64,000 bases of DNA from Coriobacteriales bacterium (GTDB lineage: Bacteria; Actinomycetota; Coriobacteriia; Coriobacteriales; CADBOM01). Made by a program: the position numbers and the translations under genes. Positions 48,593 through 58,114 of the stretch are shown one piece after another. Below the pieces are notes generated by a model. It made no database searches. It saw only the letters and a list, made by a program, of their open reading frames with translations, and was not told the origin of the DNA. Position 1 is the stretch's first letter. Each line of letters opens with the position of its first letter. Location of the stretch: the NCBI GenBank assembly GCA_050946275.1, contig JBMNUM010000010.1:1677-65676 (forward strand), written 5' to 3'.

Positions 48593-49927
48593 ATGCAAGA
48601 CGATGGTGGCAGTATACGCGCATTCGATGGAGAGCTGGAGGTCCCTTCGGACAAGTCCATCTCGCACCGCGCCCTGATGATGGCGTCGATGGCCGAGGGC
48701 ACATCGCGCCTCGAGCACGTGCTGAACTCGCGCGACGTGCGCAGCACGCTCGAGTGCCTGCGCGAGCTCGGCGCCCAGGTCGACGTGCTCCGCATGGACG
48801 ACATGAGCTTCGACGCCCTGGTCACGGGCTGGGGCCGCCGCGGGCCGCGGACGCCCGACGCGCCGCTCGACTGCGGCAACTCGGGGACGACGACGCGCCT
48901 GCTGCTCGGCATGCTCGCGGGCTATGACATCGAGGCCACGCTCGTGGGCGACTCCTCGCTCGAGCGCCGCCCGATGCGCCGCGTCGTCAAGCCGCTCACG
49001 CAGATGGGCGCGCGCTTCACGAAGGACGGCGCGGCCTGGGATGGCGAGGAGGTCACGTTGCCCCTCACCGTGCACGGCACGTCCAGCCTGCAGGGCATCG
49101 AGTACGACTCACCGACGGCATCGGGACAGGTGAAGGGCTCCCTGCTCCTCGCCGGCCTCAACGCCGCGGGGACGACGGTGCTCACCGAGCCGTACCTGAG
49201 CCGCAACCACTCCGAGCTCATGCTCCCGGCGTTCGGCGTCGATGTCGATGCGAACACGCTGCACTACATCGTGAGCATCGAGGGCGGCCAGAGCCTGCAT
49301 GCGTGCGACGTGCGCGTGCCGGGCGACCCGTCCTCGGCCATGTTCATCGCGGTCGCCGCCGCGCTCGTGCCCGGCAGCGACGTCACGATCCACAACCTCG
49401 GCCTCAATCCCACGCGCACGGCCGGCCTCGATGTCGCCATGCGTATGGGGTGCGATATCGAGATGGAGGAGACGGCCCTCGTCGGCGGGGAGCCCATCGG
49501 CGACGTGCGCATCCGCTATGCGCCCGCGCTCGAGGCCGTCCACGTTCAGCCCGCGGAGATCCCCGCCCTCATCGACGAGATCCCCGCACTCTCGCTCTTG
49601 GCGACGGTCGCCGGCGGCACGACGGTGTTCGAGGGCGTGCAGGAGCTGCGCGTCAAGGAGTCCAACAGGCTCGCGGCGGTCGTGAGCGGCCTCACGGAGC
49701 TGGGGTGCACGGCGCGCGAGGAGGGAGACGACCTCGTGATCGAAGAGGGCGCGCCCGAGGAGGACGAGACGCTCGACCCGCACGGCGACCACCGGCTCGC
49801 CATGACGTGGGTGCTCGCAAACCGATGCTTCGGCTTGGACGGGGATGTGCTCGACACGGCGTGCATAGATGTGAGTTATCCTAATTTCATCGCGCAGCTC
49901 GACGCGCTGCAGCAACCGCAGGAATAA
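48593..49927 (+). CDS. aroA: 3-phosphoshikimate 1-carboxyvinyltransferase (EPSP synthase)
   Basis: PSDKSISHRALM, LDCGNSGTTTRLL and KESNRL motifs. Confidence 0.93.
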   Translation: MQDDGGSIRAFDGELEVPSDKSISHRALMMASMAEGTSRLEHVLNSRDVRSTLECLRELGAQVDVLRMDDMSFDALVTGWGRRGPRTPDAPLDCGNSGTTTRLLLGMLAGYDIEATLVGDSSLERRPMRRVVKPLTQMGARFTKDGAAWDGEEVTLPLTVHGTSSLQGIEYDSPTASGQVKGSLLLAGLNAAGTTVLTEPYLSRNHSELMLPAFGVDVDANTLHYIVSIEGGQSLHACDVRVPGDPSSAMFIAVAAALVPGSDVTIHNLGLNPTRTAGLDVAMRMGCDIEMEETALVGGEPIGDVRIRYAPALEAVHVQPAEIPALIDEIPALSLLATVAGGTTVFEGVQELRVKESNRLAAVVSGLTELGCTAREEGDDLVIEEGAPEEDETLDPHGDHRLAMTWVLANRCFGLDGDVLDTACIDVSYPNFIAQLDALQQPQE

Positions 49928-49933
49928 AGCGAC

Positions 49934-49969
49934 GCGAATGGGTCGAGGGACTGTCCTCCGACTCGTTCG
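49934..49969. repeat. REP-like palindrome family 2
   Basis: GCGAATGGGTCGAGGGACTGTCCTCCGACTCGTTCG. Confidence 0.7.
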
Positions 49970-49985
49970 AACGATAGGAGAGAGC

Positions 49986-50696
49986 ATGATCATCGCAATC
50001 GACGGACCGTCCGGCTCGGGCAAGACGAGCGTCGCCAAGGAGGTCTCGAAGCGCCTCGGCTTCTACACGATCGACACGGGCGCGATGTACCGCGCTGTTA
50101 CGTACCGCGGCCTGCAGGAGGGCTTCGACCTCGAGAACATCGCGACCCTCGACGGTCCCGACGCCCCCGCCGACGTGCGGGCGCGCATCGTCGAGATCGC
50201 CAACACCGAGCCCATCGCGTTCGAGTACGACACGACCGGCCAGCCCTCGAAGGTCTTCATCGGCGGCCAGGACGTGACGAAGCAGATCCGCACGCACGAG
50301 GTCGACGCGACCGTCTCGCTCGTCTCCGCGTGCTCTGACGTGCGCGCCGCGCTCACCGACCAGCAGCGCGCCATGGGGTCGAGGGTCGACACCGTTCTCG
50401 AGGGCCGCGACATCGGCACCGTGGTGTTCCCGAATGCCGACGTCAAGGTGTTCCTCACCGCGTCCGCCGAGGAGCGCGCCCGCCGTCGCGTCGCGCAGAA
50501 CAAGGAGCGCGGCGTGGGCGACACGGACGAGCAGGCGACGCTCGAGCTCATCAAGTACCGCGACAAGTACGACTCCTCGCGCGAGACGGCACCGCTGGCC
50601 CGCGCGGAGGATGCGATCGAGATCGACACGACCGACATGACGTTCGAGGAGGTCGTGACCACGATCGTCGGCCTCATCGAGGAGAAGCGCGCCTAG
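49986..50696 (+). CDS. cmk: Cytidylate kinase
   Basis: IAIDGPSGSGKTSVAK P-loop and the EGRDIGTVV motif. Confidence 0.92.
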   Translation: MIIAIDGPSGSGKTSVAKEVSKRLGFYTIDTGAMYRAVTYRGLQEGFDLENIATLDGPDAPADVRARIVEIANTEPIAFEYDTTGQPSKVFIGGQDVTKQIRTHEVDATVSLVSACSDVRAALTDQQRAMGSRVDTVLEGRDIGTVVFPNADVKVFLTASAEERARRRVAQNKERGVGDTDEQATLELIKYRDKYDSSRETAPLARAEDAIEIDTTDMTFEEVVTTIVGLIEEKRA

Positions 50697-50726
50697 CGGG
50701 CGCCGCGTGTTCGGGAGCCGGGAGCC

Positions 50727-51545
50727 ATGGGCGAGCTCAACGAGAAACTCGATAAGTACTATGACGGCGCGCTGGCCGACCAGAGCACGTTCCTGCGTGG
50801 CGCGGTCGTGACCGCGCGCTACATCGTGGGCTCGGCCATCCGCTGGACCTTCCGCGCGCGCTACGAGAACCTCGAGGTGTTCGATAAGCTGCCCGAGGGT
50901 CGCGGCGTCGTCATCGCGGGCAACCACTCCTCTTACACCGACCCGATGTTCGTGTTCGACGGCATCTGGCCGCGCCGCGTGCGCTTCATGGCCAAGGGAG
51001 AGCTGTTCACGCACAAGATCCTCGACCACCTGCTCGCCTGGACGGGCGTGTTCCCCGTGTACACGGATGCGCGCGGCCGCAAGGCGATCAAGCGCTCTAT
51101 CGCGTGCCTGAGGCGTGGCGAGAACGTGGGGATCTTCCCCGAGGCGACGCGCGTCAAGTACGACGACCCGCGCGTGATCGAGCCGAGCGAGGGCGTCGCG
51201 CTCATCGCGAAGATGGCCGACACGCTCATCGTCCCCGTCGGCATCAAGGGCACGATCGACATCAGCCCGCACGGCTCCAAGCGCCTGCATTTCCCGAAGG
51301 TGGTCCTGCGCTTCGGCGACCCCATCGACTGGCACGACTACAAGGACCTCGGCAAGAACGAGATGCTCACCGAGGTGACCGCCGAGACGATGCGCCGCGT
51401 GCGCCAGATCGTCGCGGACCTGGGTGGTGCTCCCGAGGTCATCCGCGTGGGGAAGGCCCCGGCGGCGGATGACGCCGCGGAGGCTGCCGGGGATGCCGGT
51501 GTCTCGGATCAGAAGGATCCCGCCCGGGACTCCGGGAAGGAGTAG
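50727..51545 (+). CDS. plsC: 1-acyl-sn-glycerol-3-phosphate acyltransferase
   Basis: HX4D motif NHSSYTDP and the FPEATR motif. Confidence 0.85.
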   Translation: MGELNEKLDKYYDGALADQSTFLRGAVVTARYIVGSAIRWTFRARYENLEVFDKLPEGRGVVIAGNHSSYTDPMFVFDGIWPRRVRFMAKGELFTHKILDHLLAWTGVFPVYTDARGRKAIKRSIACLRRGENVGIFPEATRVKYDDPRVIEPSEGVALIAKMADTLIVPVGIKGTIDISPHGSKRLHFPKVVLRFGDPIDWHDYKDLGKNEMLTEVTAETMRRVRQIVADLGGAPEVIRVGKAPAADDAAEAAGDAGVSDQKDPARDSGKE

Positions 51546-51549
51546 CGCC

Positions 51550-52392
51550 ATGGACATCATCGTCGCCGATCCCTCGGGAGCCTGCTACGGCGTCGAGCGA
51601 GCGCGGAACATGGCGCTCGAGGCCCTCGGGGATGATGCCGGCAAGGGTAACGTGCACACGTTCGGTCCCCTTATCCACAATCCGATCGTCGTCGCCGATC
51701 TCGAGGCGCGGGGAGCCCGCGTCGTCCGGGACATCAGCGAGATGGAGGAGGGCACGCTCGTCGTGCGCTCGCACGGAATCACCCGCGGGCAGTACGAGGA
51801 GGCGCAGCGTCGCGGCTTGCGCATCGTCAACGCGACGTGCCCCCATGTGCGCCGTGTGCAGCAATCCGCCGCCCAGCTGGCGGCAGAGGGGCGGTTCGTC
51901 GTCATCGTCGGCGAGAAAGGCCATCCCGAGGTGGAGGGCATCCTCTCCCATGCTGGGGAGCATGCCGCCATCGTGCTCGAGGCGAACGAGATTCCCGAGC
52001 TCGGCGAGGGCGCCCGCGTGGGCGTGGTCGTGCAGACGACCCAGTCTCCCGAGAAGCTCGCGGAGATAGTCGACGGACTCGGGGAGCGCGGTTACGACGT
52101 GGAGGTGCACGATACGATCTGCGCCGCGACGCGGAAGCGCCAGGAAGCCGCTCGCGGGCTCGCGGCGCAAGCCGACGTCATGGTCGTGATCGGCGGCCGT
52201 AACTCCGGCAACACGCGGCGCCTGGCCGAGATATGCTCCGAGGCGTGCCCGCGGACGCATCACATCGAGACATCCGGCGAGCTCGAGGCTTCCTGGTTCG
52301 CAGGCGCGCGCACCGTCGGCGTGACGGCGGGCGCATCGACGCCGCAGGCCCATGTGGATGCGGTCGTCAAGGCCCTCGAGGAGATCGCGTGA
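51550..52392 (+). CDS. ispH: 4-hydroxy-3-methylbut-2-enyl diphosphate reductase
   Basis: ACYGVERA, NATCPHV, and GG.NSGNTRRL in the C-terminal region. Confidence 0.9.
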   Translation: MDIIVADPSGACYGVERARNMALEALGDDAGKGNVHTFGPLIHNPIVVADLEARGARVVRDISEMEEGTLVVRSHGITRGQYEEAQRRGLRIVNATCPHVRRVQQSAAQLAAEGRFVVIVGEKGHPEVEGILSHAGEHAAIVLEANEIPELGEGARVGVVVQTTQSPEKLAEIVDGLGERGYDVEVHDTICAATRKRQEAARGLAAQADVMVVIGGRNSGNTRRLAEICSEACPRTHHIETSGELEASWFAGARTVGVTAGASTPQAHVDAVVKALEEIA

Positions 52393-53825
52393 TGAGCGAC
52401 CCGATGCGCGGCGAGTCAAATGAGTCAAAGGGCGGTCCTCTGACTCATTCGCGAGCCGATTACGCGCCCACGACGCCTCCCGGGGCGACCGGGACCATCG
52501 TCGCGCACGTGGAGCCGGGTTCGCCGGCCGACGAGGCGGGCGTGCTCCCGGGCATGCGCGTCTTGAGCGCGGATGGCGAGCCGTTGCGCGACATCATCGA
52601 CTGGTTCTGGCTTGCCGACGGATTCTCCGTCGAGCTCGAGGTGACCGACGGCATCCTCCATGGCACGACCGAGATGGTGCGCGAGCCGATGGAGAGCTGG
52701 GGACTCGAGTTCGCCGACAACCTCTTCGACGGGCTGCGGACATGCTGCAACGCCTGCACGTTCTGCTTCATGGCGATGCTCCCCGAGGGGATGCGCTCCG
52801 GCATGTACGTCCGCGACGACGATTACCGCCTGTCGTTTCTGCAGGGCAACTTCGTCACGCTCACGAACATGACGGACGACGACGTGCAGCGTGTCATCGA
52901 GCAGGACCTCTCGCCGCTGCACATGTCGCTGCACGCGGTCGACGCCGACGCGCGCCGCCAGCTCATGGGGCGCAACCATGCCCGCGGGCTCGAGGTGGCA
53001 TGCGAGCTGCTCGACGCCGGGATCCGGCTCCACCTCCAGGTCGTGCTCGTGCCCGGCGTGAACGATGGCGCCGTGCTCGACGAGACGATCCGCTGGGCCA
53101 TCGCGGAGGATAACGTCGAGTCGATCGGCATCGTGCCCCTGGGGTACACGCGCTTCCAAGACCGCTTCGACACATCGTTCGCCGAGCCCGCCGCCGCCCG
53201 CGCCGTCATCGAGCAGGTGGGCGCGTATCAGCGCGAGCTCGCGGATGCGGGCTGGGTGGGGAAGGTCCAGCTCGCCGACGAGTTCTACGTCAACGCCTAT
53301 GGTGCCGATGCGATCGCGCACCTACCCGCCGCCGACGACTACGCCGGCTATCCACAGTACTTCGACGGCATCGGCATGCTCCGCGTCCTCGTGGACGAGT
53401 GGGGTGAGCTCGATTTTGGAACGCTCCCCGGGGGAACGTCCCAAAATGCGCTCATCGTGTGCGGGAGGTCGCTCGAGCCGGTGCTGCATGAGCTCGTCGC
53501 CGCCTCGCCGCTGGCGGACCGGGCCGAGGTGCTCGGCGTTGACAACCGCTTCTTCGGCGGTAACGTCGACGTGAGCGGCCTGCTCACCGGGGCCGACGTT
53601 GCGGAGGCGCTCGCGGAGCGCGTGGCCCGCATCGGTGAGGGCGGCGTGCGCGCCATACTCCCGTCGGCCATGTTCAACGACGATGGCCTCACCCTCGACG
53701 GCATGTCCGTGTCGGGTATCGAAAGCGCATCCGGCGTCCCCATCACCGTGGTATGCTATACGGCGAAGGAACTGATGGACGCGGTTCTGGGCGCAAGCAT
53801 GCGTTCCGACCGCGTTGAGGGATAG
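52392..53825 (+). CDS. PDZ-containing radical-SAM-like DUF512 protein
   Basis: PDZ segment (VEPGSPADEAGVLPGMRV) and a CNACTFCFM cysteine motif. Conserved position upstream of der. The start is ambiguous because 52411-52452 is a REP-like unit. Confidence 0.7.
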   Translation: MSDPMRGESNESKGGPLTHSRADYAPTTPPGATGTIVAHVEPGSPADEAGVLPGMRVLSADGEPLRDIIDWFWLADGFSVELEVTDGILHGTTEMVREPMESWGLEFADNLFDGLRTCCNACTFCFMAMLPEGMRSGMYVRDDDYRLSFLQGNFVTLTNMTDDDVQRVIEQDLSPLHMSLHAVDADARRQLMGRNHARGLEVACELLDAGIRLHLQVVLVPGVNDGAVLDETIRWAIAEDNVESIGIVPLGYTRFQDRFDTSFAEPAAARAVIEQVGAYQRELADAGWVGKVQLADEFYVNAYGADAIAHLPAADDYAGYPQYFDGIGMLRVLVDEWGELDFGTLPGGTSQNALIVCGRSLEPVLHELVAASPLADRAEVLGVDNRFFGGNVDVSGLLTGADVAEALAERVARIGEGGVRAILPSAMFNDDGLTLDGMSVSGIESASGVPITVVCYTAKELMDAVLGASMRSDRVEG

Positions 53826-53838
53826 ATTCGGGGCAAGG

Positions 53839-55146
53839 ATGTCTTTACCCATTGTGGCCGTCGTCGGCCGGCCGAACGTCGGCAAGTCGACGCTCGTCAA
53901 CCGCGTCGCGCAAACCTCCGATGCCATCGTGCACGAGCATCGCGGCGTCACGCGCGACCGCTCGTACCACAAGGCCGATTGGAACGGACGCGAGTTCATA
54001 ATCATCGACACCGGCGGCATCGAGATGAGCGATGACGACCGGTTCCAGCAGTCGATCCGCAGCCAGGCGTTCATGGCGGCGGACGAGGCCGACGCCATCA
54101 TCTTCATGGTGGACGGCCGCAGCGACGTGACGAGCGACGACTCGGAGGTCGCCAAGCTGCTGAAGCGCACGAAAACGCCGGTCTTCCTCGTCGTCAACAA
54201 GATGGACAATCCCGACGACGAGACCGCGATCTGGAACTACCTGCAGCTCGGCATCGGCGAGCCGTGGCCCATCTCGTCCCTGCACGGACACGGGACGGGC
54301 GACCTGCTCGATGCGGTCGTCAAGGTCCTGCCGACCTACGATGACGAGGACGACATCGACGCGATCGACGTGGCCATCATCGGCCGGCCGAACGCGGGCA
54401 AGTCGTCGCTGCTCAACTGCATGACCGGCGCCGAGCGCTCCATCGTCTCGGACGTCGCGGGCACCACGCGCGACGCCATCGACGCCCTCATCGAGCACGA
54501 CGGCAAGATGTACCGCCTCATCGACACGGCGGGTATCCGCAAGAAGAGCGGCATCGTCGAGGACCTCGAGTACTACGGCTTCCTGCGCGCTATCCGCGCC
54601 ATCGAGCGGGCCAAGGTCGCCATCCTCGTGATCGACGGCACGCTCGGTCTCACCGACCAGGACCAGAAGGTGGCGGGCATCGCCCGCGAGAAGGGCTGTG
54701 CGCTCATCATCTGCCTCAACAAATGGGACGTGGTGACCGACCAGCGCGAGCGCAAGAAGATCACCGACCGCATAGAGGACCGCCTCATGTTCGTCGGCTA
54801 TGCACCCGTTCAGCCCATCTCGGCGCTGACGGGGCGCAGCGTGCACCGCATCTGGCCGCTCATCGACCAGGTCGCCGCGAACCATTCGCAGCACATCTCC
54901 ACGAGCAAGCTCAACGCGTTCCTCACGGAGATCCGCGACTTCGGCTTCACGGTCTCGGAGGGCAAGAAGCGCCTCAAGATCAACTACGTGACGCAGACGC
55001 GCCAGGGGCCGCCGACGTTCACGTTCTTCTGCAACCATCCCGAGCTCGTCGACGGTAATTACGAGCGGTTTCTCGAGAACAGGATGCGCGAGAAGTTCGA
55101 CTTGACGGGCACCCCCGTTAGGTTCATGTTCAGACGCAAGGGGTAG
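53839..55146 (+). CDS. der: Ribosome-associated GTPase Der (EngA)
   Basis: Tandem G domains (GRPNVGKSTL and GRPNAGKSSL) plus a KH-like C-terminus. Confidence 0.95.
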   Translation: MSLPIVAVVGRPNVGKSTLVNRVAQTSDAIVHEHRGVTRDRSYHKADWNGREFIIIDTGGIEMSDDDRFQQSIRSQAFMAADEADAIIFMVDGRSDVTSDDSEVAKLLKRTKTPVFLVVNKMDNPDDETAIWNYLQLGIGEPWPISSLHGHGTGDLLDAVVKVLPTYDDEDDIDAIDVAIIGRPNAGKSSLLNCMTGAERSIVSDVAGTTRDAIDALIEHDGKMYRLIDTAGIRKKSGIVEDLEYYGFLRAIRAIERAKVAILVIDGTLGLTDQDQKVAGIAREKGCALIICLNKWDVVTDQRERKKITDRIEDRLMFVGYAPVQPISALTGRSVHRIWPLIDQVAANHSQHISTSKLNAFLTEIRDFGFTVSEGKKRLKINYVTQTRQGPPTFTFFCNHPELVDGNYERFLENRMREKFDLTGTPVRFMFRRKG

Positions 55147-55201
55147 GATTACATCTTCGATGGCGCTCCCGATGGGGGAGCGAGGGGGATAGGGACAGGA
55201 C

Positions 55202-55930
55202 ATGGGAGAGGGTCTGGTCATAGGTCTGGCGATCGTCGTCGGGCTCGTCATCGCCTTCCTCATAGGCTCGATTCCGGGCGGCGTGATCGTCGGCAAGGTC
55301 ATGGGCGGCATCGACATCCGCAAGCACGGGTCGGGCAACATCGGCACCACGAACTCGCTGCGCCTGCTCGGTTGGAAGGGCGGCGCGCTCGTCTGCGTGC
55401 TCGACATCCTCAAGGGCGTTTGCGGCGGGCTGGTGATGCTCGGCATCATTCACGCGCTCGGCGGGGCCTTCGCGGCGCTGCAGGCCGGCGGCGCATCGGC
55501 GCAGACGGTGGACCTCATCGTCGACTGGGCGCGCGGCGGAGCGCTGATGCTCACCACGCTCGGCCACATGTACTCGCCATTCCTCAAGTTCAAGGGCGGC
55601 AAGGGCATCGCGACCTCGTTCGGCGGCTTCTGCGTGCTGTGCCCGTGGTGCGCGCTCGCGTCGCTCGTCGCGTTCCTGCTCGGATGCTTCCTCACGAAGT
55701 ACGTCTCCATCGGTTCGATGGCCGGCGCCGTCGGATATCTGCTGTGCACGATCTTCGTCTACAACCAGCACATGCCGTGGATCGTCGTGGCGGTCATCGT
55801 CACGGCCGTCGTGTTCTACGCGCACCGCGGCAACATCGGCAGGCTCGCGCGTGGCGAGGAGTCGCGCTTCTCCGTGGGTTCCAAGAAGACGATCGAGGAG
55901 GCCCGCGAGAAGGAGCAGCAGGGGAAGTGA
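55202..55930 (+). CDS. plsY: Glycerol-3-phosphate acyltransferase PlsY
   Basis: GSGNIGTTN and FKGGKGIAT motifs; polytopic. Confidence 0.9.
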   Translation: MGEGLVIGLAIVVGLVIAFLIGSIPGGVIVGKVMGGIDIRKHGSGNIGTTNSLRLLGWKGGALVCVLDILKGVCGGLVMLGIIHALGGAFAALQAGGASAQTVDLIVDWARGGALMLTTLGHMYSPFLKFKGGKGIATSFGGFCVLCPWCALASLVAFLLGCFLTKYVSIGSMAGAVGYLLCTIFVYNQHMPWIVVAVIVTAVVFYAHRGNIGRLARGEESRFSVGSKKTIEEAREKEQQGK

Positions 55931-55936
55931 TCGTGT

Positions 55937-55961
55937 GGGGCGCTCCTTGGGGGAGCGTTTC
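55937..55961. repeat. REP-like element family 1 (hairpin after plsY)
   Basis: GGGGCGCTCCTTGGGGGAGCGTTTC. Two further hairpins follow at 55969-56016 (GGGGTCgGACCCC and CAAAGGGGtctggCCCCTTTG). Confidence 0.6.
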
Positions 55962-56037
55962 AACTTGATAAAGGGGTCGGACCCCGATGTCATGGCAAAG
56001 GGGTCTGGCCCCTTTGTCGGGCCGGAAAGGAAACCTG

Positions 56038-56715
56038 ATGGGTATTTTGATGGCTCCGTCGATTCTCTCGGCGGATTTCATGAACCTCGAGCGCGATGTG
56101 CGCAACATCTCCGTGCACGGGGCGGATCTCATCCACTTCGATGTGATGGATGGGCATTTCGTTCCCAACCTCACGCTCGGCGTCCCGTTCGTGAAGGCCA
56201 TGAAGAAGATCACCGACACGCCGCTCGACGTGCATCTCATGATCGACAATCCCGCCGACCAGATCGACTGGTACCTCGACGCCGGCGCGGACATCGCGAC
56301 GGTCCACGTGGAGGCCTTCGGCTCGCCGCGCGAGTGCCGCGATCTGCTGCACCACATCCGCGAGCGCGAGGTCCGCAGCGGCATCGCGATCAGCCCGGAC
56401 ACCCCCGTCTCGGAGCTCTACGACGTCCTCGACCTGGCCGACGTGCTGCTCGTCATGAGCGTGCATCCGGGTTTCGGCGGCCAGTCGTTCATCGAGTCGA
56501 CGCCCGATAAGATCTCCGAGATCGTCGAGTTCTGCTCGCAGGAGGGCCTCTCGCCCCTGATCGAGGTCGACGGCGGCATCAACGCGAAGACGGCGCCGCT
56601 CGTGACGGAGCGCGGCGCGACGGCGCTCGTGGCGGGCAACGCCGTGTTCGGACAGCCCGACCACGTGGTGGCCATGGAGGCCATCCGCGCCGCCGGCGAG
56701 GCCGGCGCAAGGTAG
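56038..56715 (+). CDS. rpe: Ribulose-phosphate 3-epimerase
   Basis: PSILSADF, HFDVMDGHFVPN and MSVHPGFGGQ motifs. Confidence 0.93.
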   Translation: MGILMAPSILSADFMNLERDVRNISVHGADLIHFDVMDGHFVPNLTLGVPFVKAMKKITDTPLDVHLMIDNPADQIDWYLDAGADIATVHVEAFGSPRECRDLLHHIREREVRSGIAISPDTPVSELYDVLDLADVLLVMSVHPGFGGQSFIESTPDKISEIVEFCSQEGLSPLIEVDGGINAKTAPLVTERGATALVAGNAVFGQPDHVVAMEAIRAAGEAGAR

Positions 56716-56718
56716 CGC

Positions 56719-56750
56719 GATACGTCGAAGGACCGTCCTTCGACTCGTCT
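56719..56750. repeat. REP-like palindrome family 2
   Basis: GATACGTCGAAGGACCGTCCTTCGACTCGTCT. Confidence 0.7.
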
Positions 56751-56775
56751 ATTTCATCGAAAGCAGGGGACTGCC

Positions 56776-57984
56776 GTGTCCGATTCATTGCGCAGATATC
56801 TCGACTATGCCGCGACGACGCCGCTCGACGAGCGTGTTCTCGAGGCCATGATGCCCTTCCTCGGCGGCCCGTCGGGGATGTTCGGGAATGCGAGCGCGCT
56901 GTATTCCGAGGGCAAGGCCGCCCATGCCGCCGTCGAGGATGCCCGTCGCATCGTCGCAGGGCTCATCGGCGTGCGCGACCCCTACGAGATCGTGTTCACC
57001 TCGGGCGGCACCGAGTCGGACAACATGGCCGTGCGCGGAATGGCGCTCGCGGCTCGTTCGCGCGTCGGCAAGGCGAAGGGCCCGGGGCATGTCGTGGCAT
57101 CGTCGTTCGAGCACAAGGCCGTGCTCGACGCCGTCCGCTCGCTCAAGGCCGATGGCTTCGAGGTGACGTTCGTCGACCCCGATCCGAGCGGCTTCGTGGC
57201 GCCCGCCTCGCTCGAGGCGGCCATGCGGCCCGATACGCTCGTCGTGAGCGTCATGATGGCGAACAACGAGGTGGGAACCGTGCAGCCGGTTCGCGAGCTG
57301 GCGGAGGTCTCCCATGCCCGCGGTGCGCTGTTCCACACCGATGCCGTCGCGGCGGTGGGGAAGGTGCCGGTCGACGTGGCCGAGCTGGGCGTGGACGCCC
57401 TGAGCTTCACCGCGCATAAGATCTGCGGTCCGAAAGGCACCGGCGCGCTCTATCTCTCCAAGCGCGCTCCGTTCTCGCCGATTCTGCATGGCGGCGGGCA
57501 GGAGCGCGGCAAGCGCCCCGGCACCTACAACGCCGCCGGTATCGTGGGTCTCGCCCGCGCCGTCGAGCTCGCATGCGGAACCGATGCGGTTGCCGAGGCG
57601 AGGCGGCTGTGCGCGATGCGCGACGCGTTCATCCAGCGCGTGGCGGATGGGGCGGGGAGCGGTTTCCCGGCTCATCGGGGCGGGGGAGCGATCGCACGCC
57701 TCGCCACCGGCATCCCGGATGGGGATGTCTCGCGCCATCTTCCCGGATTGGTGCCGCTGCTCTTCGCGGACCGCTATTCCGAGGATCTGGTGATGGACCT
57801 CGACCTGCTGGGGTTCGCCGTCTCGGGCGGCTCGGCCTGCACGGCCAGCCAGGCCAAGCCGAGCCATGTCCTCAAGTCGATGGGCTACGACGACGAGGAA
57901 GCCTCGCGCTTCCTCCGCGTGAGCTTCGGCCGTTTCACGGAGCAGGCCGACCTCGACGACCTCGCCGACGCGCTCGCAAGGTGA
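56776..57984 (+). CDS. Class V aminotransferase / cysteine desulfurase (NifS/IscS-like)
   Basis: PLP lysine context SFTAHKICGPKG and catalytic Cys loop SGGSACTA. GTG start. Confidence 0.85.
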   Translation: MSDSLRRYLDYAATTPLDERVLEAMMPFLGGPSGMFGNASALYSEGKAAHAAVEDARRIVAGLIGVRDPYEIVFTSGGTESDNMAVRGMALAARSRVGKAKGPGHVVASSFEHKAVLDAVRSLKADGFEVTFVDPDPSGFVAPASLEAAMRPDTLVVSVMMANNEVGTVQPVRELAEVSHARGALFHTDAVAAVGKVPVDVAELGVDALSFTAHKICGPKGTGALYLSKRAPFSPILHGGGQERGKRPGTYNAAGIVGLARAVELACGTDAVAEARRLCAMRDAFIQRVADGAGSGFPAHRGGGAIARLATGIPDGDVSRHLPGLVPLLFADRYSEDLVMDLDLLGFAVSGGSACTASQAKPSHVLKSMGYDDEEASRFLRVSFGRFTEQADLDDLADALAR

Positions 57985-58073
57985 CGGACCCGCCTTGTTT
58001 GGCAGGTCCGGACATTAATTCAGTCTCCTCGTTGACTGCACCTCCCGTTCGGTGCACAATGGAACTCCGATAT

Positions 58074-58087
58074 AGAACATATGTTCG
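58074..58087 (+). promoter_or_regulatory. LexA (SOS) operator, Cheo-box type
   Basis: AGAACATATGTTCG matches CGAAC-N4-GTTCG. It lies 28 nt upstream of the dinB ATG and just downstream of a TTGACT-N17-CACAAT promoter candidate (58032-58060). Confidence 0.7.
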
Positions 58088-58114
58088 ATAGTGGGAGCCA
58101 AGAGAGGAGGTGCC

